Source of the DNA: an uncultured Candidatus Saccharibacteria bacterium
GTDB taxonomy: Bacteria > Patescibacteriota > Saccharimonadia > CAILAD01 > GCA-016700035
Direction: 5' to 3'
Assembly (NCBI GenBank): GCA_964583675.1
Contig: CAZOVH010000002.1
Coordinates: forward strand, 71,548-135,547
DNA: 64,000 bases
In this document: one piece after another, positions 58,363 to 64,000 of the stretch
Layout: each line of letters opens with the position of its first letter
Numbering within the stretch: the stretch's first letter is position 1
Made by a program: the position numbers and the translations under genes
Notes under the pieces: model-generated
Databases searched by the model: none
The model's input: only the letters and a program-made list of their open reading frames with translations
Told to the model about the DNA's origin: nothing

Positions 58363-59786
58363 AGCGCCACCTCTGACAGCTTTACGTCCAACACCTTCTC
58401 TGCATCTCGCGCTGCTGCAAACATGGTCGCTTCAGCTTTTTGTGGCGCCATAATCTGCAGGCCAAGCGGCATATCATCCACGCCTTTGATTGGCAAAGAA
58501 ATTGCCGGTATCCCTGCTAGATTTGCTGCCACAGTCATAATATCCGCCAAGTACATTTGAGTTGGGTCTTCAGAGTGCTCGCCAAACTTAAACGCTTCCG
58601 ACGGCGTGGTCGGACCAATCAAAACATCATAGTTGCCAAAAGCGTTCTCAAAATCCTGACACACCAAAGTCCTGAGCTGCATGGCCTTTTTGTAATAAGC
58701 ATCATAGTACCCAGCCGAAAGCGCATAAGTTCCCGTAAGAATGCGGCGCTTTACTTCCGGACCAAAAAACTTGCCGCGCGTCGCTGAATACATTGCTTCT
58801 AAATCACCCGTAGACTCTGCGGATGAGCCATAACGAATGCCGTCATAGCGCTCAAGATTTGAGGAAATTTCCGAGGGTGTCAAAACGTAATAACACGGCA
58901 GCGCAAATTCTAGGTTAGGCAACGACACCTCCTCGAGCTCCCAACCAGCATCGGCAAGACGAGCAAAAGTTTCGTCATAGCGAGCTCGCACATCGATATC
59001 TAACGACTGAATATATTCGCGCACAATGCCCACCCGTTTTGGGGAGCCTACTTCGCCGTCTATATTGTCGGAACTAATCGTAGTCGCGTCCATCACATCT
59101 TGACCAGCCATCACATTAGTAAGCAAAGCAGCATCTTCTGCGGTATGCGCAAATGGACCGATTACATCTAGAGAACTCGCCATCGCAACGACGCCATAGC
59201 GACTAATCAGCCCGTAGGTTGGTTTTACTCCAACTACACCACAATATGCAGCCGGCTGACGGATGCTGCCACCAGTGTCTGTACCAACTGAAAAAGTACC
59301 AATACCCGCCGCCAAAGCCGCTGCCGAACCACCCGAACTTCCACCCGGTACACGCGACAAATCACGCGGGTTTTTGCTCGACCCATAGGCCGAATATTCC
59401 GTAGAGCCACCATGTGCGTATTCATCCTGATTAACCTTTGCGATCAAAATCGCGCCTTCGGCCTCGAGCTTAGCGATTGCCGTCGCGGTATAAGGAGCAA
59501 TAAACTCATCGAGCATTTTTGAAGCTGCAGTGGTGCGGACACCATCAACTAAAAACATATCCTTAGCAGTAAACGGTATACCTTCCAGACGACCGAGTTT
59601 TTCTCCAGCTACGCGACGTGCATCACTGGCTTCAGCAGCCGCAAGTGCTCGCTCATCTAGGCGCGTCAGAACCGTTGCAACTTTTTCGTCTACCTCATCA
59701 ATACGTGCAAGCGCCTGTCGAGTAAGCTCGACAGCTGTAACTTCGCCACTTTCAAGACGTGCTAAAACTTCTGCAATCGTCATCAT
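58359..59786 (-). CDS. gatA: Asp/Glu-tRNA amidotransferase subunit A
   Basis: Amidase signature GGSSGGSAAALAAG...GTDTGGSIRQPA. Confidence 0.95.
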   Translation of the reverse strand: MMTIAEVLARLESGEVTAVELTRQALARIDEVDEKVATVLTRLDERALAAAEASDARRVAGEKLGRLEGIPFTAKDMFLVDGVRTTAASKMLDEFIAPYTATAIAKLEAEGAILIAKVNQDEYAHGGSTEYSAYGSSKNPRDLSRVPGGSSGGSAAALAAGIGTFSVGTDTGGSIRQPAAYCGVVGVKPTYGLISRYGVVAMASSLDVIGPFAHTAEDAALLTNVMAGQDVMDATTISSDNIDGEVGSPKRVGIVREYIQSLDIDVRARYDETFARLADAGWELEEVSLPNLEFALPCYYVLTPSEISSNLERYDGIRYGSSAESTGDLEAMYSATRGKFFGPEVKRRILTGTYALSAGYYDAYYKKAMQLRTLVCQDFENAFGNYDVLIGPTTPSEAFKFGEHSEDPTQMYLADIMTVAANLAGIPAISLPIKGVDDMPLGLQIMAPQKAEATMFAAARDAEKVLDVKLSEVAL

Positions 59787-60076
59787 CCCAAAACTCGCTT
59801 TACTACTATGTAACCGTTTTCGTGACGTGGCGCACGCTCCAAAAGTTTTTCCGGGCTAACTTCAGACTTCTTCACCACATCCTCCCGCAACACATCCTGC
59901 AAACCAGTAACCTGGCTGGTAGGTGCAACTCCGGCTGTATCCGCAGCCTGCAAGGCATCAACTAAATGCAGCACGCGCCCAACCCCTTGCGTGGTTTCTT
60001 GCGCATCGGCTTCAGAAAAAGCAATCCGCGCCAGACGCGCGACGCGGGCAACAATCTCTTCGTTAACTTCGCTCAT
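59783..60076 (-). CDS. gatC: Asp/Glu-tRNA amidotransferase subunit C
   Basis: 97 aa; GatC-like; overlaps the gatA start. Confidence 0.9.
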   Translation of the reverse strand: MSEVNEEIVARVARLARIAFSEADAQETTQGVGRVLHLVDALQAADTAGVAPTSQVTGLQDVLREDVVKKSEVSPEKLLERAPRHENGYIVVKRVLG

Positions 60077-60120
60077 ATTAGCCTATATTATACCAGTAAA
60101 ATACCAATCTGTAAGGTGTA

Positions 60121-61206
60121 CTACTGGTAGCGCTGTGAGTTTACCGCCCACTGCTTGGTCTTAACGTCTTGGCTCACCAAAAACGCATACGTCTGCGTGT
60201 AAGTTGTGTCTGCCGAGTAATCAGACTTTGAAACAAACGTGATAGTTTCGATTACTTCGTACTGATCGCCTTTTTTATCGGTATTCACCCGCCGATACGT
60301 AGTTGGATAATTAAACTGTCGACTTGTAGAGGTAACTTGAGAAAAATCGTATTCGGCCGCGAACGCCGCCGTCATATACTGACGCATCTCGGTAGTATTG
60401 CCGGCAATATAGGCTTGGGTCCAGAGTGAAACTGCTTCTTCAGCGTTAGCCTTATCCTGTTTGGCCTGATCCTCGGCAGATTTTTGCTCATCTTGCTTAG
60501 CTTTTTCTTCGTCCTGGGCCGTTTGATACGCCTCAATTACCGTGGCATAGCGCTCATTGAGCTTAAAGAAATTATCGGGATAAAAACCTTCTAGGTAACT
60601 TATTTGCTTCTTCACATCTTCCAGAGCAAGTTTTGTAGCTGTCGCGACGGAGCTTAGTTCATCAAGCTGCGCATCATCAACTTCTTTCAAATTCGCAGCC
60701 TGGCTTTTCGCTAGACTCACATACTTATCAAGCTGCTCTAAGCCTTTAAGATATTCTGTTTTTGCCGCTTTATCCCCCAGAAGCTCAGGCATTTTTTGCG
60801 TAGCAGCCTGACTGTCATCAACTTTGTTCTGCATATCGAGTAGGCTTTTCTCAACATCGCCAAAGCTCGTGTAGGTGGCCTGCTCGGCATCTGTTGTCAC
60901 AAGCTCAGAGGCAGAGACAAGTTCGCGCCAGTTTTTCGAATAAAATTCCTGGGCAGCCGTACGATTACGCCACCAAATAAATGCCGTCGCGGCAGCCGCT
61001 AGAAGCCCAGCAATAAGCAATGCAATCAACCATGTTTTTGGACGCTTGTACCAAGGTCGTAAATCTACCTGCTTCTTTTCCATACCATCAGTAAGCTCAG
61101 CTGCGGTATTGGACTGCGCTGACTCACCCGATTCATCTTGCGACTTTTCGTCGAGCCCCAGCTGATCTTCTAAGATCGGTTCTGATTGATCCTTGTCTTT
61201 TTCCAT
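60121..61206 (-). CDS. hypothetical membrane-anchored coiled-coil protein
   Basis: Start taken at MEKDKDQ; one TM segment, Gln/Lys-rich coiled-coil, C-terminal globular domain. Confidence 0.5.
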   Translation of the reverse strand: MEKDKDQSEPILEDQLGLDEKSQDESGESAQSNTAAELTDGMEKKQVDLRPWYKRPKTWLIALLIAGLLAAAATAFIWWRNRTAAQEFYSKNWRELVSASELVTTDAEQATYTSFGDVEKSLLDMQNKVDDSQAATQKMPELLGDKAAKTEYLKGLEQLDKYVSLAKSQAANLKEVDDAQLDELSSVATATKLALEDVKKQISYLEGFYPDNFFKLNERYATVIEAYQTAQDEEKAKQDEQKSAEDQAKQDKANAEEAVSLWTQAYIAGNTTEMRQYMTAAFAAEYDFSQVTSTSRQFNYPTTYRRVNTDKKGDQYEVIETITFVSKSDYSADTTYTQTYAFLVSQDVKTKQWAVNSQRYQ

Positions 61207-61314
61207 TACCCTTATGGTACGCCAACAGGGCGCCTGCAACAAGTTCCCATTGACAAAGTTGCAAAACAGTAACAAAATACGTTTTTAGCACCTTTCGAGA
61301 ACCAAGGAGCAGCT

Positions 61315-61653
61315 ATGCGCATCGTCTACGAGCTCTACAGTCCAGCATTTACACGCGTGGACGCAAAGGGTAAACGCGCCCACGTTCCCGGCTACACCTA
61401 CTTCAAGCGCAGCTTCCGCACCGGACAGCGTGGAGCGATTCGTAAGGCTAAGCGCATCTACATGCGTCTACGCCCAGAACCTGGTCGTCGCATTTTTCTG
61501 CGCAAGCTGGTCCTCGACAAGTCCTACGCCAGTTTGGAAGTCGTAGATACATGCGATACCTCCCCGATCATGCTGCCAAAGCACACCCGCGTGAACGACT
61601 CTCGTGGTCTCAGGCACGAATGGGACGAGTTCCGACTAGTGCCACACTGGTAA
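61315..61653 (+). CDS. hypothetical basic protein (high GC)
   Basis: 112 aa, Arg/Lys-rich; TTGACA-17-CAAAAT promoter; AAGGAG RBS; convergent terminator shared with ligA. Confidence 0.4.
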   Translation: MRIVYELYSPAFTRVDAKGKRAHVPGYTYFKRSFRTGQRGAIRKAKRIYMRLRPEPGRRIFLRKLVLDKSYASLEVVDTCDTSPIMLPKHTRVNDSRGLRHEWDEFRLVPHW

Positions 61654-61689
61654 CCACTTTCCTCAGGATAATTTTTTCCTGGGGATTTT

Positions 61690-63964
<2,275 letters not shown>

Positions 63965-64000
63965 CAGAGCAAACAGCGCAAAACTCGCCGCAAGGGCGAC

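Overview
This 64-kb window looks like a bacterial chromosome segment, possibly from a reduced-genome Gram-positive-like or CPR-type organism with about 47-50% GC. Nearly all genes are on the minus strand, and the window is built around the transcription/translation superoperon, read from high to low coordinates: rpoB-rpoC-rpsL-rpsG-[~5-kb insert]-fusA-[inserted gene]-tuf-rpsJ-[inserted antisense gene]-rplC-rplD-rplW-rplB-rpsS-rplV-rpsC-rplP-rpmC-rpsQ-rplN. Downstream come an MFS transporter, clpP-tig with a CIRCE operator, a tRNA-Leu(UAG)-associated element carrying a large serine recombinase and long inverted repeats, rsmD, recG, tyrS, a class A PBP, yacL-radA-clpC-nusA, yraN-rnhB, a high-GC pyrD-like/pyrC pair, rplS, gmk, dnaE, a ytxGH-like stress cluster, MscS, gatCAB with an extra embedded gene, and ligA. 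The most unusual content is the compact island inserted between rpsG and fusA. It holds an ABC-F ATPase flanked by two high-GC Cys/His proteins, a winged-helix-NUDIX protein, and a translationally coupled three-gene operon: a MazG-like protein, a 207-aa minimal class IIb (EpmA/LysRS-like) synthetase core, and a 74-aa Cys-containing protein. Two further recurring signals stand out. At least nine compositionally foreign high-GC single-gene modules each carry their own near-consensus promoter, RBS and perfect-stem terminator. A promoter-plus-terminator-delimited ~330-nt noncoding unit is a candidate sRNA. All calls rest on sequence motifs and gene order seen by eye; no database searches were run.
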